Shown: positions 10,090-20,033 of the stretch, one piece after another
Layout of the letters: every line of letters starts with the position of its first letter
How positions within the stretch are numbered: the stretch's first letter is position 1
Source of the DNA: Gemmatimonadaceae bacterium
GTDB taxonomy: Bacteria > Gemmatimonadota > Gemmatimonadetes > Gemmatimonadales > Gemmatimonadaceae
Reading direction: 5' to 3'
Assembly: GCA_035253585.1 (NCBI GenBank)
Contig: DATFBY010000110.1
Span: 47,875-111,874, forward strand
Length of the DNA stretch: 64,000 bases
The notes under the pieces: model-generated
Told to the model about the DNA's origin: nothing
The model's input: only the letters and a program-made list of their open reading frames with translations
Database searches by the model: none
Made by a program: the position numbers and the translations under genes

Positions 10090-10716
10090 TCAGCTCACCC
10101 GCACCGCCCGCAGGATGGCTTGCAGCGAGTCTAGGTCGGGCAGCAGCAGAAAGAATCCGCGCAGCGCCTCGCCCATGTCGCTGAGGAAGAACTCGGTCTC
10201 TACCGCGAACACGTAATCGCGATCGGTGCCGAACTGCAGGTAGGCGGTGGTGAGCACCGCCGACGACATGTCGATCGCCAGGCTGGGCGGCGACGGCAGC
10301 AGCATCAGCCCGAGGAATTCGCTCAGCGCGTTCATGTATGCGCCGCTGAGGATGTTTCCGGCCTCTTTGATCGCCGACTCCTCCAATGGGCCGAATTCGG
10401 CTGGCTCCCGTACTTCGCGTCGCAGCATCAGCGCCGCCATGCGTGCGGCCGTGGCCCGCGGAAAGACGAGCAGCGTACGCCCGGTGAGATCACCGCGCAT
10501 CTGCATCAGCACCGCGGCGATCGGCTCCTCGTTGTCTTGAATTTGTGACGGTACGTCTTCGAGCTGCGCGATGGTGATCGTCGGCACGCTGATCATGATC
10601 GTGCTCCCGGTCATTTGCGACATGGCGGTGGCCGCGTGACCGGCGCCGATGTTCGCCACCTCTTTCAACGCATCGAGCTGCAGCTCTTTCAGCTCCAGAA
10701 GCTCCTTCATTGCCAC
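10090..10716 (-). CDS. cheC: CheC/CheX-family chemotaxis phosphatase
   Basis: Two CheC-type repeats are present: EVANIGAGHAATAMSQMTG and EAGNILSGAYMNALSEF. Confidence 0.7.
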   Translation of the reverse strand: MAMKELLELKELQLDALKEVANIGAGHAATAMSQMTGSTIMISVPTITIAQLEDVPSQIQDNEEPIAAVLMQMRGDLTGRTLLVFPRATAARMAALMLRREVREPAEFGPLEESAIKEAGNILSGAYMNALSEFLGLMLLPSPPSLAIDMSSAVLTTAYLQFGTDRDYVFAVETEFFLSDMGEALRGFFLLLPDLDSLQAILRAVRVS

Positions 10717-10720
10717 TCCT

Positions 10721-12307
10721 TTAGAGGAGGCTACCGACGTCGACGATCAATGCGGGCGCGCCATCCGAGAGGATGGTGGCGCCGCTGAACACCCCAACTG
10801 CGTCCTGCACGGCGTCGAACGGCTTCACAACGATGTCCTGCTGTCCAGTGAGCTCATCGACGAGCAATCCCGCTCGCCGCTCGCCCATCTCGAGAACGAT
10901 GACTTGCGCTTTCGCACGCGGCTCCTCGGGGAGCCGTATGATGTTCCTGAAGCGGATCAGGGGAAGCACTTCGTCGCGCATCACCAGTACATCGTGTCCC
11001 TTCACGCGACGGAGCGCCTCGGGCTGGAGCTCGGCCGTCTCGCTCACGTGCGTGAGCGGCACCGCGTACATCTCCCGGTCCACGCGCGCCAAGAGCGCGC
11101 GCACGATCGCCAGCGTCACGGGCAGGCGCACGGTGACCGTCGTCCCCTGTCCCGGCGTACTCCGAATCTCGACGCCGCCGCCTAACGAGCGAACGCGCGT
11201 GTACACGGCGTCGACCCCCACGCCTCGACCCGAGAGATCGGTGACCATTTCGGCCGTGGAGAATCCCGGACGGGCGATGATTCGAATGAGCTCCTCCTCG
11301 CCGACCTCGCGCGTCGGATCGTCGATCAATCCGAGCTCGGCCGCTTTGCGGAGGACGCGGTGGCGGTCGATGCCGCGGCCGTCATCGGACACGCGGATCG
11401 TTACCGACGAGCGCTCGCGTGCCGCGCTCAGCACCAGCCGGCCGCTGCGCGGCTTTCCGGCGGCCTCACGCTCGTCAGGCAGCTCGATACCGTGATCGAT
11501 GGCGTTTCGAAGCAGGTGCACGATCGGATCGCCGATCTCATCGAGCATCGAGCGGTCGAGCTCGATCTCCTTTCCCTCGAGCGCCAGGTCGATCTCCTTT
11601 CCGAGGGCGCGAGCTCCATCACGCACCAGACGCGGGAATCGGTCGAAGATCTGCGCCACCGGTACCATGCGCGCCGTCATGATCTCGTCCTGGAGCTCGG
11701 CGATGAGCTTGCCCGCCTGCGCAACCGTTTCGTCGAGCGCCGGGTCGCTGGTGCCGCTCGTCAGGCTCTGCAATCGGCCGCGCGCGATCACGAGCTCACC
11801 CACGAGATTCATGAGCGAGTCGAGGCGTTTGAGCTCGATGCGCGCGTGCCGCGGCACCTGCGGCGCTTCCATCGGGCGCGGCACGACAGTCGTCGCGCGG
11901 CGCGCGGCGCGCGTTCCAGCCTTGCCCGATTTCGCGCCGGCCACCGACTTCAGGCGCTCGATGAGACGCGTGACGTCGCCCGCCTCCTCGCCTTTGACGA
12001 CGGCTTCGATCGCCAGTTCGAGCACGTCGGCGGCGCGGAAAAGAAGATCCATCACCTCCGGCGTCGCGGGCTGCTCGCCGCGGCGCATGCGCTCGAGCAG
12101 CGTCTCCAACTCGTGCGTCAGCTCGGTGACGTTGGTGTACCCCATCGTCGCGCTCATGCCCTTGATGGTGTGCACCGAACGGAAGATGGCCGCCACCGGC
12201 TCGCTCGCGTCCGGCGTGCGCTCCAGCTCGAGCAGCTGCGCGTTGATCGCCGAGAGATGCTCGCGGCTCTCGGTGAGGAAGAGGTCGGCGTATTTGCTCA
12301 GGTCCAT
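10721..12307 (-). CDS. cheA: Chemotaxis histidine kinase CheA
   Basis: The N-terminal Hpt domain (H in HTIKG), the HATPase_c domain (DDGRGID…GRGVGVD) and the C-terminal CheW-like domain are all recognisable. Confidence 0.85.
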   Translation of the reverse strand: MDLSKYADLFLTESREHLSAINAQLLELERTPDASEPVAAIFRSVHTIKGMSATMGYTNVTELTHELETLLERMRRGEQPATPEVMDLLFRAADVLELAIEAVVKGEEAGDVTRLIERLKSVAGAKSGKAGTRAARRATTVVPRPMEAPQVPRHARIELKRLDSLMNLVGELVIARGRLQSLTSGTSDPALDETVAQAGKLIAELQDEIMTARMVPVAQIFDRFPRLVRDGARALGKEIDLALEGKEIELDRSMLDEIGDPIVHLLRNAIDHGIELPDEREAAGKPRSGRLVLSAARERSSVTIRVSDDGRGIDRHRVLRKAAELGLIDDPTREVGEEELIRIIARPGFSTAEMVTDLSGRGVGVDAVYTRVRSLGGGVEIRSTPGQGTTVTVRLPVTLAIVRALLARVDREMYAVPLTHVSETAELQPEALRRVKGHDVLVMRDEVLPLIRFRNIIRLPEEPRAKAQVIVLEMGERRAGLLVDELTGQQDIVVKPFDAVQDAVGVFSGATILSDGAPALIVDVGSLL

Positions 12308-12317
12308 GGGATTCCTT

Positions 12318-12406
12318 CGAGATTCGAGATTCGAGATTCGTGACGGCGGATATGGAGCTCGTTAGGTGTGCCGTTACGAATCTCGAATCTCGAATCTCGA
12401 ATCTCG
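12318..12406. repeat. Inverted tandem-heptamer hairpin element, (CGAGATT)3…(CGAATCT)4, intergenic between cheA and cheY
   Basis: Read directly. The two arms are exact inverse complements. The spacer contains ctcgttaggtg, a variant of the octamer. Confidence 0.85.
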
Positions 12407-12769
12407 CTATCCGAGCACCCGCTGCACCGCTTCCAGCACGCGGCTCGGCTGGAAGGGCTTCACCACGAAATCCTTCGCGCCCGCCTGAATCGCTTCGACC
12501 ACCAGCGCCTGCTGGCCCATGGCCGAGCACATCAGGATCTTCGCGTTCGGATCGACCTTCGTGATCTCGCGGACCGCGTCGATCCCGCCCATGTCGGGCA
12601 TCACGATGTCCATCGTCACCAGATCGGGACGCAGTTGGTTGTACTTCTCGATCGCCTGAACGCCGGTCTCCGCTTCGCCGATCACCTCGAATCCCGACTG
12701 CGTCAGGATGTCGGCGATCATTGTGCGCATGAAGATGGCGTCGTCGCAGACCAGCACGGTGTGACTCAA
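12407..12769 (-). CDS. cheY: CheY-like single-domain response regulator
   Basis: The receiver fold carries VLVCDDAIFMR, the phospho-acceptor D in LVTMDIVMPDMGG, and KPF. Confidence 0.85.
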   Translation of the reverse strand: MSHTVLVCDDAIFMRTMIADILTQSGFEVIGEAETGVQAIEKYNQLRPDLVTMDIVMPDMGGIDAVREITKVDPNAKILMCSAMGQQALVVEAIQAGAKDFVVKPFQPSRVLEAVQRVLG

Positions 12770-12782
12770 CGGTTCCTCCCGA

Positions 12783-13250
12783 TCAAAGCAGGACGTGCGA
12801 AACGATTTCTTCGAGGTTCAATACCATCACCACCGCGCCGCCTACGCGCGCCGCGGCCTGTACACTCTCCGTCCCGGGCGCCGGTGGCTCGAGCTCCGAC
12901 TCCGCGACGCGCACCACATCGAGCACTTCATCGACCGCCATCCCCACCACCCGCGATCCACGCTCGATCAGCACGATCGAGCCCTCGGCGCGCGACGACG
13001 ACTCGCCGTGCAGGCGCATGCCGAGGTCGACCACCGTGATGATCGTTCCGCGCACGTTGATCAGTCCGGGCACGAACGACGGAGCGCCCGGCACGCGCGT
13101 GCCCGCGCGATGCGGAATGATCTCCCGCACCACACTGAGCTGGATCGCGTACGGCCGCTCGCCCAGCCGGAACATCACCAGCTGGCGCGTCGGAACGTCA
13201 GAGATCGTTTCGGTAGAAGCCAAGGAAGTCCAACGGATCGGGGTGCTCAA
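12783..13250 (-). CDS. cheW: CheW coupling protein
   Basis: CheW-like domain: QLVMFRLGERPYAIQLSVVREII…LINVRGTIITVVDL. The exact start is uncertain, and the ORF overlaps the rluD 3' end. Confidence 0.75.
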   Translation of the reverse strand: MSTPIRWTSLASTETISDVPTRQLVMFRLGERPYAIQLSVVREIIPHRAGTRVPGAPSFVPGLINVRGTIITVVDLGMRLHGESSSRAEGSIVLIERGSRVVGMAVDEVLDVVRVAESELEPPAPGTESVQAAARVGGAVVMVLNLEEIVSHVLL

Positions 13251-14226
13251 CGAGCTCCCGCATCCCCGACGCGGCGACGAGCGACCGCACTAGGTCCGCT
13301 GGCAACGGCGAGCGAAGGTCGACTGCTACCCCCGTCGCAGGATGCGGGAACACCATCCAGGCGGCGTGGAGGAAATGCCGACGGGGTGGAAGCTCGAGCA
13401 GGCGCCGCCCGCCTCCACCGCCGTACGTGTCGTCACCGACCACCGGATGCCCGATCGACGCGAGATGAACGCGAATCTGATGCGTGCGTCCGGTGTGCAG
13501 GTGCGCACGCAAAAGGTCAGTCGCATCGAAGCGAGCGAGCCGGATGAAATCCGTCTTCGCCGCCCTTCCGCTACTGACGATTGCCATGCGCTTTCGGTCT
13601 CGCGGATCGCGTCCAAGTGGGCGGTCTACCGTCACTTTGTCGGTGTTCAGATGTCCCCACGAAAGCGCCGCGTACCGACGTGTGACGCGCCGCGCCGCGA
13701 TGGCGGCTCCGAGGCTTCGGTGAGCCCGGTCGGTCTTCGCCACCAGAAGGAGCCCTGAGGTGTCCTTGTCGAGCCGGTGGACGATCCCCTCGCGGTCCTC
13801 CCCGCCGGATGCGGAAAGCTCCCCTCCGCGCCCTTTGAGAGCGTTTACAAGGGTTCCGGACCAATTTCCGGGGGCTGGATGGACGACCATGCCGGCGGGC
13901 TTGTCGACGACGAGCAGGTCGTCGTCCTCGAACATGATCGACAACGGAATCTGCTCGGCCTCGATCTCGCGCACCGTCGGCGGTGGGATTACGACGCGGA
14001 TCCGCTCGCCGGAGCGTGGCCTATAGCTCGAGCGCTCCCGCCTCCCGTTCACGGTGACGTTGCCATTGGCGATGAGTGTCGCCGCTTGCGTGCGCGACAG
14101 GTCCAGCTGGCGGGCGATAAACAAATCGAGGCGGACATCGCTATCCGCCTCGATCTCGAGCTCGTGTATCGTGGAGCGCGCGTCGCTGTCGCTCAGCCCG
14201 CCGTCGCGCATCGGCGGCTCACGCAC
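13198..14226 (-). CDS. rluD: RluA/RluD-family 23S rRNA pseudouridine synthase
   Basis: The catalytic motif HRLDKDTSGLLLVAKT is present, and an S4-like N-terminus is also present. Confidence 0.8.
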   Translation of the reverse strand: MREPPMRDGGLSDSDARSTIHELEIEADSDVRLDLFIARQLDLSRTQAATLIANGNVTVNGRRERSSYRPRSGERIRVVIPPPTVREIEAEQIPLSIMFEDDDLLVVDKPAGMVVHPAPGNWSGTLVNALKGRGGELSASGGEDREGIVHRLDKDTSGLLLVAKTDRAHRSLGAAIAARRVTRRYAALSWGHLNTDKVTVDRPLGRDPRDRKRMAIVSSGRAAKTDFIRLARFDATDLLRAHLHTGRTHQIRVHLASIGHPVVGDDTYGGGGGRRLLELPPRRHFLHAAWMVFPHPATGVAVDLRSPLPADLVRSLVAASGMRELVEHPDPLDFLGFYRNDL

Positions 14227-14752
14227 CCTCGCTCGCCTTCACCGCCGCGGGTGCCGCACGCGCCGCCTCCTCGCGCTCCTCGCCCCACAGCGACCAGGCC
14301 AGCAGAATGGCGCCGAAGCTCACCGCGATGTCGGCCACGTTGAACGTCGGCCACCGAAGGTCTCCGAACCCCATGTCGAGAAAATCCACGACGCCGAGCG
14401 GCGAGCGAATGCGGTCGATGAGATTTCCGACCGCGCCGGCGCACACGAGTCCGAGCGCCGTGATGCGGAGCGTGTCGTTTTCCCGAGCAGCGCGATAGAG
14501 TCGGCCGAGAATCACCAGCGCAACGATCGTCAGCAGCAGGAAGATCCACCGCGAATACGGTCCGAGGTGGAGACCAAAGGCCGCGCCGCGGTTGTACACC
14601 AGCGTTAGGCGGACCCACTCGCCGATGACCTCGCGAGGCACGCGCATGGGGCGCAGTGCATCGACGGCGATCAGCTTCGTGATCACATCGAGGGTGACGA
14701 TCCCCCCGATCAGCGACCAGAACAGCAGTGCCTTACGACTGCTTCTTTCCAT
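14219..14752 (-). CDS. lspA: Lipoprotein signal peptidase II
   Basis: Four-TM pattern. The conserved NRGAAFG and FNVADIAVSFG motifs are present. Confidence 0.8.
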   Translation of the reverse strand: MERSSRKALLFWSLIGGIVTLDVITKLIAVDALRPMRVPREVIGEWVRLTLVYNRGAAFGLHLGPYSRWIFLLLTIVALVILGRLYRAARENDTLRITALGLVCAGAVGNLIDRIRSPLGVVDFLDMGFGDLRWPTFNVADIAVSFGAILLAWSLWGEEREEAARAAPAAVKASEGA

Positions 14753-15155
14753 CTTCCTCGCGCTGTTTGCAGCTGATGCACAGGCGTGCGTGGGGAAGTG
14801 CGTCGAGCCGGTCGAAGTCGATGTCCTGACCGCAATTGTGGCACTTGCCGAACGTCTCTGGTGACCGGTAGAGGCGGCGCAATGCCTCGTCGATGTGCCA
14901 GAGGAAACGACCCTCTTGGCTGGCGAAAAGAAACGCCTTCTCGCGCTCCATCGCGTCGGTGCCCTGGTCAGCCATATGGAAGGAATACGAGCTGAGATCG
15001 CCGTCCGAGGCCTGCGGCGTCGCGTTGAACGTCTCGCTGTACTGTCCCAGCTCCTTGAGCACGCGCCGGCGCTCTTCGAGTAGTCGTTTCTCGAAGTGCG
15101 CGAGCATTTTCTTGTTCATGGGCTTGGGCTTCTTGGCGCTCGCTGAAGACGGCAT
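14733..15155 (-). CDS. DksA/TraR-family C4 zinc-finger protein
   Basis: CHNCGQDI…CISCKQ zinc-finger at the C-terminus. Confidence 0.7.
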   Translation of the reverse strand: MPSSASAKKPKPMNKKMLAHFEKRLLEERRRVLKELGQYSETFNATPQASDGDLSSYSFHMADQGTDAMEREKAFLFASQEGRFLWHIDEALRRLYRSPETFGKCHNCGQDIDFDRLDALPHARLCISCKQREEDGKKQS

Positions 15156-15160
15156 GCTGT

Positions 15161-18100
15161 TTACACTCTCGTTAGGGCGACATCGACGGCACGACCATCA
15201 AGGTCCATCGTCTGCGTCGCGTCTGGCGTTCCAACGATTGCGTCACCGACGATGAGCTCGACCGCGAGCACCTCGCCGGTGATGTAATCGCCGAACATTC
15301 GTACCACGTTTTCGACTTCGACGTTCCCTTTCACCTGCAATTTGATGCGATCGCTGACCGCGAAGCCCGCGTCCTTCCGTAGACGCTGGATCCGACTCAC
15401 CAGCTCTCGCGCGACACCTTCGGCGACGAGCTCCGGCGTGAGCGTCGGATCGACCGCCGCAAAGTATCCGCCTTCCTCCTTCACGACCAGATCGCCCGCC
15501 GCTCGGTGAACGACGGTCAGGTCGTCTGGTTGCAACACATGTGACGATCCGCCGACCGAGATGACGACCGGCTCTCCGCGTTGGAACGCGTGCAGCGCGG
15601 AATCGGACAACGCCTCGACTGCTTCGGCCGCGGCCTTCGTCGACTTCCCGAATCGTTTGCCGAGCGCGCGGAAATTCGGCTTCCCCTCGAGCCGCACCAG
15701 TGCATCGCCGCTCGACGCCATCTCCACTCGCTTCACGTTGAGCTCGGCGCGCAGTAGTGGCTCCAGCAGCGCCAGAATCTCCGGGTCGCCACCGGGCACA
15801 ACGCATACCACGCGGGCCAACGGCTGCCGCACTTTCAGATCGGCCTCCTCGCGCGCCGCTCGACCCAGCCGCGCGAGCGTCCGCACCTGCTCCATGCCCG
15901 CCTCCAGATCCGCCTCGGGACGCATTCGTGTCTCGGTGACATAAGGCGCCAGATGCACGGAGGTTCCCGTGAGCTGCCGGTGCATCCAATCGGTCACGAA
16001 CGGTGAGAACGGGGCCAACAGGCGCGTCACGCCGGTGAGTACCTCGTGCAGCGTGGCGAAAGCGGCACGATTGTCCGCGCTGGTGACGTCGTAGAAGCGC
16101 TCGCGGTTGAGACGAACGTACCAGTTGGAAACGTCGTCGGTGACGAAGCGCATGACGGACCGCGCGGCGAGGTATGCATCGTATGCCGCCATGGCACCAT
16201 CGACTTCCACCGCGACGCGCGCCAAGCGACCGAGTATCCAACGGTCGATCGGTGGCCTGGCGGCCGGCTCCGGATCTTCGTTGGACGGCGTCCAGCCGAA
16301 GTTGGCCAACTGCGCGAACATCCCCGAATAGATGTTTTTGAGCGTAACGAGGAACTGTCCTGCCGTGTCCCTGATGCCACGTTCGTCGAATCGGCGCGGC
16401 ACCCAGATCTGGCTGGACGTGATGAGAAAAAGCCGCACGGCATCGGCCCCGTATCGAGGGATCACGCTCCACGGATCGACGACGTTGCCGGCGCTCTTCG
16501 ACATCTTCTGTCCCGCCGCGTCGAGCACCAGATCGTTCACGACGACGGCCCGGTACGGCGCCGCGAACGCGTTGGTCGCGGCAAGCCCGCCATCACCGCT
16601 GTTGTTCGGCAGCGCATCACCCAATCCGGTGGCGATGGCCAGCAGCGAGTAAAACCATCCCCTCGTCTGGTCGACACCCTCGGCGATGAAATCCGCCGGA
16701 TACAGTCGCTCGACCTCGGCCTTACCCTCGAACGGATAGTGCCACTGCGCGAACGGCATCGAGCCCGAGTCGAACCAGGTGTCGATGACTTCGGGGACGC
16801 GGTGCATTCGCGCGCGAGATTCGAGATTCGAGATTCGAGATTCGCCGGTGGTGTCGGTCGATCTTTCGTTGGCCTCCGAATCTCGAATCTCGAATCTCGA
16901 ATCTCGACAGCTTTCACACTCCCACGTCAGCCTATCCACCCCCGGCTTGTGCGGATCGAACTCGTTAGGCAGCGATCCGCCGAGCTTGGCCGCGAGCTCG
17001 GCGTAGCTGCCGATTACATCGATGTGTGAGTCGTCGCGCTCGCATAACCATACTGGGAGTGGCGTGCCCCAGTAGCGGTCGCGCGACAGCGCCCAGTCGA
17101 CGTTGTTGACCAGCCACTCGCCGAAGCGGCCAGTGCCGACCTCCTCCGGATGCCAGTCGACTCGCGCGTTGCGCGACAGCATCTGGTCGCGATACGCGGT
17201 GGTGCGCACGAACCAGGAGCCGCGTGCGTAGTACAGGAGCGGTGTGCCGCACCGCCAACAGTGGGGATAGCTGTGCTCGATCGTACCCGCTTTCTGGAGT
17301 ACGCCGCGGCGCTTGAGCTCCTCGATGATGAGCGGGTCGGCGGCCTTCACGAATTTGCCACCCACGACCGGCATGTCCGCGGGAAATTCTCCGCGCGCGT
17401 TGACCGGCTGCAGAAACGCGAGCCCGTGTCGCTGGCCTGCCGCGTAGTCATCGGCGCCAAATGCCGGTGCCATGTGCACGACGCCGGTGCCATCCTCAGC
17501 CGACACGAACGACTCGGCGACGATCAGCTCGTGCTCCCCTTCTCCATCGGTAAACGGCACCCAGTCGAGCGGCCGCTCGTAGCGACGCCCCGCGAGCTCG
17601 CTCCCCTTGATCCGCCTAACGATCTCCCACCGATCGGTCCAGTCGTCGCCGAAAACGGATGCGACGCGAGAGGAGGCGAGGATCAAAGTGGGAAGCGGGA
17701 AGCGGGAAGCGGGAACCGCCTGCGGCGGTTGAGCGTGGCGCCGACGGATCTCCAAATACTCGAGATCTGGATTCACCGCGAGCGCTACGTTGGAAACGAG
17801 CGTCCAGGGCGTCGTCGTCCACACGAGGATACGCTGTTCGTGCGCTTCCCGCTTCCCGCTTCCCGCTTCCCGCATTGCGCTTCCCGCTTCCCGCAGCTTC
17901 ACCGCCACATACACACTCGGATCCTTCACGTCCTTATATCCCTGCGCCACTTCGTGGCTCGACAGCGCCGTGCCGCAGCGGGGGCAGTACGGAAGAATCT
18001 TGTGGCCGCGATAGAGCAGGCCGCGATCGTACAGCGTGCGCAGCGCCCACCACACGCTTTCGACGTAATCGTTCTCGTACGTGATGTATGGATCGCTGTA

Positions 18101-18556
18101 GTCGAGCTGATAGCCGATCCGATCGCTGAGCCTTTCCCAGTCCGACTTGTACTTCCACACACTCTCGCGCGAGAGCTTGTTGAAGCGCTCGACGCCGATC
18201 TCCTCGATCTGCTGCTTGCCGCTGATGTTGAGCTGCTTCTCGACTTCGATCTCAACCGGCAGACCGTGCGTGTCCCAACCCGCTTTTCGGGTGACGTGAT
18301 AGCCCTTCATCACGCGGTAGCGGCAGAAGAGATCCTTCACCGTCCGCGAAAACACGTGATGGATGCCCGGCTTCCCGTTCGCCGTCGGCGGACCCTCGTA
18401 GAACACGAACTCCCGAGCGCCGGCGCGAGCGCGCTCGATCGCGCCGAAGAGATCTTCATCCGCCCAGCGGCGAAGCATCTCCTGCTCGATGTCATCCGCC
18501 GGCCGGTCGGGTGGGAGGAGCGCGAAGCGGTCCACGCCGGGATCGATCGCGGTCAC
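15161..18556 (-). CDS. ileS: Isoleucyl-tRNA synthetase, carrying two in-frame repeat-element insertions
   Basis: The IleS motifs WTTTPWTL, a KMSKS-like motif (KMSKSAGN) and [21 protein letters not shown] are all present. The 1131-aa product is longer than typical IleS because of two heptamer-repeat insertions. Confidence 0.9.
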   Translation of the reverse strand: MTAIDPGVDRFALLPPDRPADDIEQEMLRRWADEDLFGAIERARAGAREFVFYEGPPTANGKPGIHHVFSRTVKDLFCRYRVMKGYHVTRKAGWDTHGLPVEIEVEKQLNISGKQQIEEIGVERFNKLSRESVWKYKSDWERLSDRIGYQLDYSDPYITYENDYVESVWWALRTLYDRGLLYRGHKILPYCPRCGTALSSHEVAQGYKDVKDPSVYVAVKLREAGSAMREAGSGKREAHEQRILVWTTTPWTLVSNVALAVNPDLEYLEIRRRHAQPPQAVPASRFPLPTLILASSRVASVFGDDWTDRWEIVRRIKGSELAGRRYERPLDWVPFTDGEGEHELIVAESFVSAEDGTGVVHMAPAFGADDYAAGQRHGLAFLQPVNARGEFPADMPVVGGKFVKAADPLIIEELKRRGVLQKAGTIEHSYPHCWRCGTPLLYYARGSWFVRTTAYRDQMLSRNARVDWHPEEVGTGRFGEWLVNNVDWALSRDRYWGTPLPVWLCERDDSHIDVIGSYAELAAKLGGSLPNEFDPHKPGVDRLTWECESCRDSRFEIRDSEANERSTDTTGESRISNLESRARMHRVPEVIDTWFDSGSMPFAQWHYPFEGKAEVERLYPADFIAEGVDQTRGWFYSLLAIATGLGDALPNNSGDGGLAATNAFAAPYRAVVVNDLVLDAAGQKMSKSAGNVVDPWSVIPRYGADAVRLFLITSSQIWVPRRFDERGIRDTAGQFLVTLKNIYSGMFAQLANFGWTPSNEDPEPAARPPIDRWILGRLARVAVEVDGAMAAYDAYLAARSVMRFVTDDVSNWYVRLNRERFYDVTSADNRAAFATLHEVLTGVTRLLAPFSPFVTDWMHRQLTGTSVHLAPYVTETRMRPEADLEAGMEQVRTLARLGRAAREEADLKVRQPLARVVCVVPGGDPEILALLEPLLRAELNVKRVEMASSGDALVRLEGKPNFRALGKRFGKSTKAAAEAVEALSDSALHAFQRGEPVVISVGGSSHVLQPDDLTVVHRAAGDLVVKEEGGYFAAVDPTLTPELVAEGVARELVSRIQRLRKDAGFAVSDRIKLQVKGNVEVENVVRMFGDYITGEVLAVELIVGDAIVGTPDATQTMDLDGRAVDVALTRV
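16815..16906. repeat. Inverted tandem-heptamer hairpin element, (CGAGATT)4…(CGAATCT)4, inserted in-frame in ileS
   Basis: Read directly. It encodes …[32 protein letters not shown]…, which lies between the Zn-finger CESC and the conserved MHRVPEV of IleS. Confidence 0.85.
17690..17717. repeat. (GGGAAGC)4 tandem-heptamer arm inside ileS
   Basis: Read directly. The inverted partner arm lies at 17844-17892. Confidence 0.85.
17844..17892. repeat. (GCTTCCC)6 tandem-heptamer arm inside ileS, inverted partner of 17690-17717
   Basis: Read directly. The two arms flank the conserved WTTTPWTL core of IleS. The frame is maintained, encoding [17 protein letters not shown]…. Confidence 0.85.
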
Positions 18557-19428
18557 AACCGCTCCAACACGCCCCGCACGAGCGCCGTCAGCCGCGGCTC
18601 GGCTTCATTCGCCACGGCGATGATGTGCTCGACGGTCGCCGGCACCAGCGCGTCCGGCAGACACTGATCGGTGATGATGGAGATGCCTAGCACACGCATG
18701 CCGCCGTGCACCGCAACGATCACCTCGGGCACCGTCGACATCCCGACCACGTCGGCGCCTAACAGGCGCAGCATTCGATACTCGGCACGCGTCTCCAGAT
18801 TCGGGCCTGTCACCGCGACGTAGACGCCCTCGCGCAGGACGATCCGTTGCTCGGCTGCCACCTCTCGCGCCAGCGCGCGAAGCGCCGCGTCGAATGGCTC
18901 CGACATGTCCGGGAAGCGCGGTCCCAACGAATCGTCGTTCGGCCCGATCAGCGGGTTGTCGCCAAGCAGATTGATCTGATCGGCGATCACCATGAGATCG
19001 CCTGGACTCCACAGGGGGTGCATCCCGCCGCACGCGTTCGACACGATCAGCGTCTGGGCGCCCAACGCACGGAGGACTCGCACCGGAAACGTCACCTGCT
19101 GGAGCGAATAGCCCTCGTACCGATGGAAGCGCCCCTGCATCGCAATCACCGTCTTCCCGCCAAGCGTCCCGCACAGGAGCCGTCCGGCGTGCGATTCCAC
19201 CGTCGACAATGGAAAGCCAGGGATGTCTCCGTACTCGATTGTCGTACGGACGTCGATCTCCTTTGCTAGTGCACCCAGGCCGGTGCCCAGGATGATCGCG
19301 ACGTCGGGCCGCGTGCCGAAGCGCTGCCTGACGACAGCGGCCGCACGCTCGATGACAGGGCGCGAGTGCAGCGGCGCCGCCTCGTCCGCGGTGGGCGAGG
19401 CGGCATGTCCTCCGTGGACGGTGGTCAT
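18553..19428 (-). CDS. Purine nucleoside phosphorylase (PunA/MTAP family)
   Basis: The PNP_UDP_1 fold is indicated by [17 protein letters not shown] and VSNACGG. It overlaps the ileS start by 4 nt. Confidence 0.75.
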   Translation of the reverse strand: MTTVHGGHAASPTADEAAPLHSRPVIERAAAVVRQRFGTRPDVAIILGTGLGALAKEIDVRTTIEYGDIPGFPLSTVESHAGRLLCGTLGGKTVIAMQGRFHRYEGYSLQQVTFPVRVLRALGAQTLIVSNACGGMHPLWSPGDLMVIADQINLLGDNPLIGPNDDSLGPRFPDMSEPFDAALRALAREVAAEQRIVLREGVYVAVTGPNLETRAEYRMLRLLGADVVGMSTVPEVIVAVHGGMRVLGISIITDQCLPDALVPATVEHIIAVANEAEPRLTALVRGVLERL

Positions 19429-20033
19429 TCCTTCAGCGCCTCCAGCCAGGCGGGAGTCTTGAGCACGTTACGGGGCCCGGAGTCGTGCTCGTCGCGCGCC
19501 GCGTCGCGGGGCACCTGACGCGAATGATCGGGCGCCGCCGGCTGAGCCGGCACCCCACCCGGCGGCGTCGCGCCCGCCTCGGCTGCTTGAAGCTCCGCCA
19601 GCTGCCGCTCGATCATCGACCGCAGCTGAGTGAGGAACGCCCGGCGCGACTTGTCGAGCTGCGTGAGCTCGACCTCGATCTTGCGCGCTTCGCCGCGCGC
19701 GGCCTCGATGATGCGCTCGCCCTCGGCGCGGGCCTCGCGCAAAATGAGCTGCGCTTCGCGCTCGGCTTGCTCGCGCGTCTCGGCCCGCAGCTGCTGCGCC
19801 GAGATGAGCGCGTCGTTCAGCGCCTTGTCACGCTCGCGAAAGGCGCGGAGCTGTTCGTGAAAATTCTTTGCCTTTCCCTCGAGGTCCATGTGCGCTCGCG
19901 TCAGCCGCTCGAGCTCCTCGGCCACGCGCTCGCGGAATTCATCGACCATGGCGCGATCGTAACCGCGCAGCGCGCTGCCGAAATCCCATCGGCGCACGTC
20001 GATTGGTGTCAGCTTGAAGCCTTCGTCCGTCAT
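19425..20033 (-). CDS. divIVA: DivIVA-domain protein
   Basis: The N-terminus [26 protein letters not shown] is the DivIVA signature. The C-terminus is coiled-coil. Confidence 0.75.
   Translation of the reverse strand: MTDEGFKLTPIDVRRWDFGSALRGYDRAMVDEFRERVAEELERLTRAHMDLEGKAKNFHEQLRAFRERDKALNDALISAQQLRAETREQAEREAQLILREARAEGERIIEAARGEARKIEVELTQLDKSRRAFLTQLRSMIERQLAELQAAEAGATPPGGVPAQPAAPDHSRQVPRDAARDEHDSGPRNVLKTPAWLEALKE

Noticed and set aside
15243-18667. ORFs 15243..16472 (-) and 17150..18667 (+) overlapping ileS
   Set aside because: Alternative frames of ileS in high-GC DNA. They have low-complexity Arg/Gly-rich translations.
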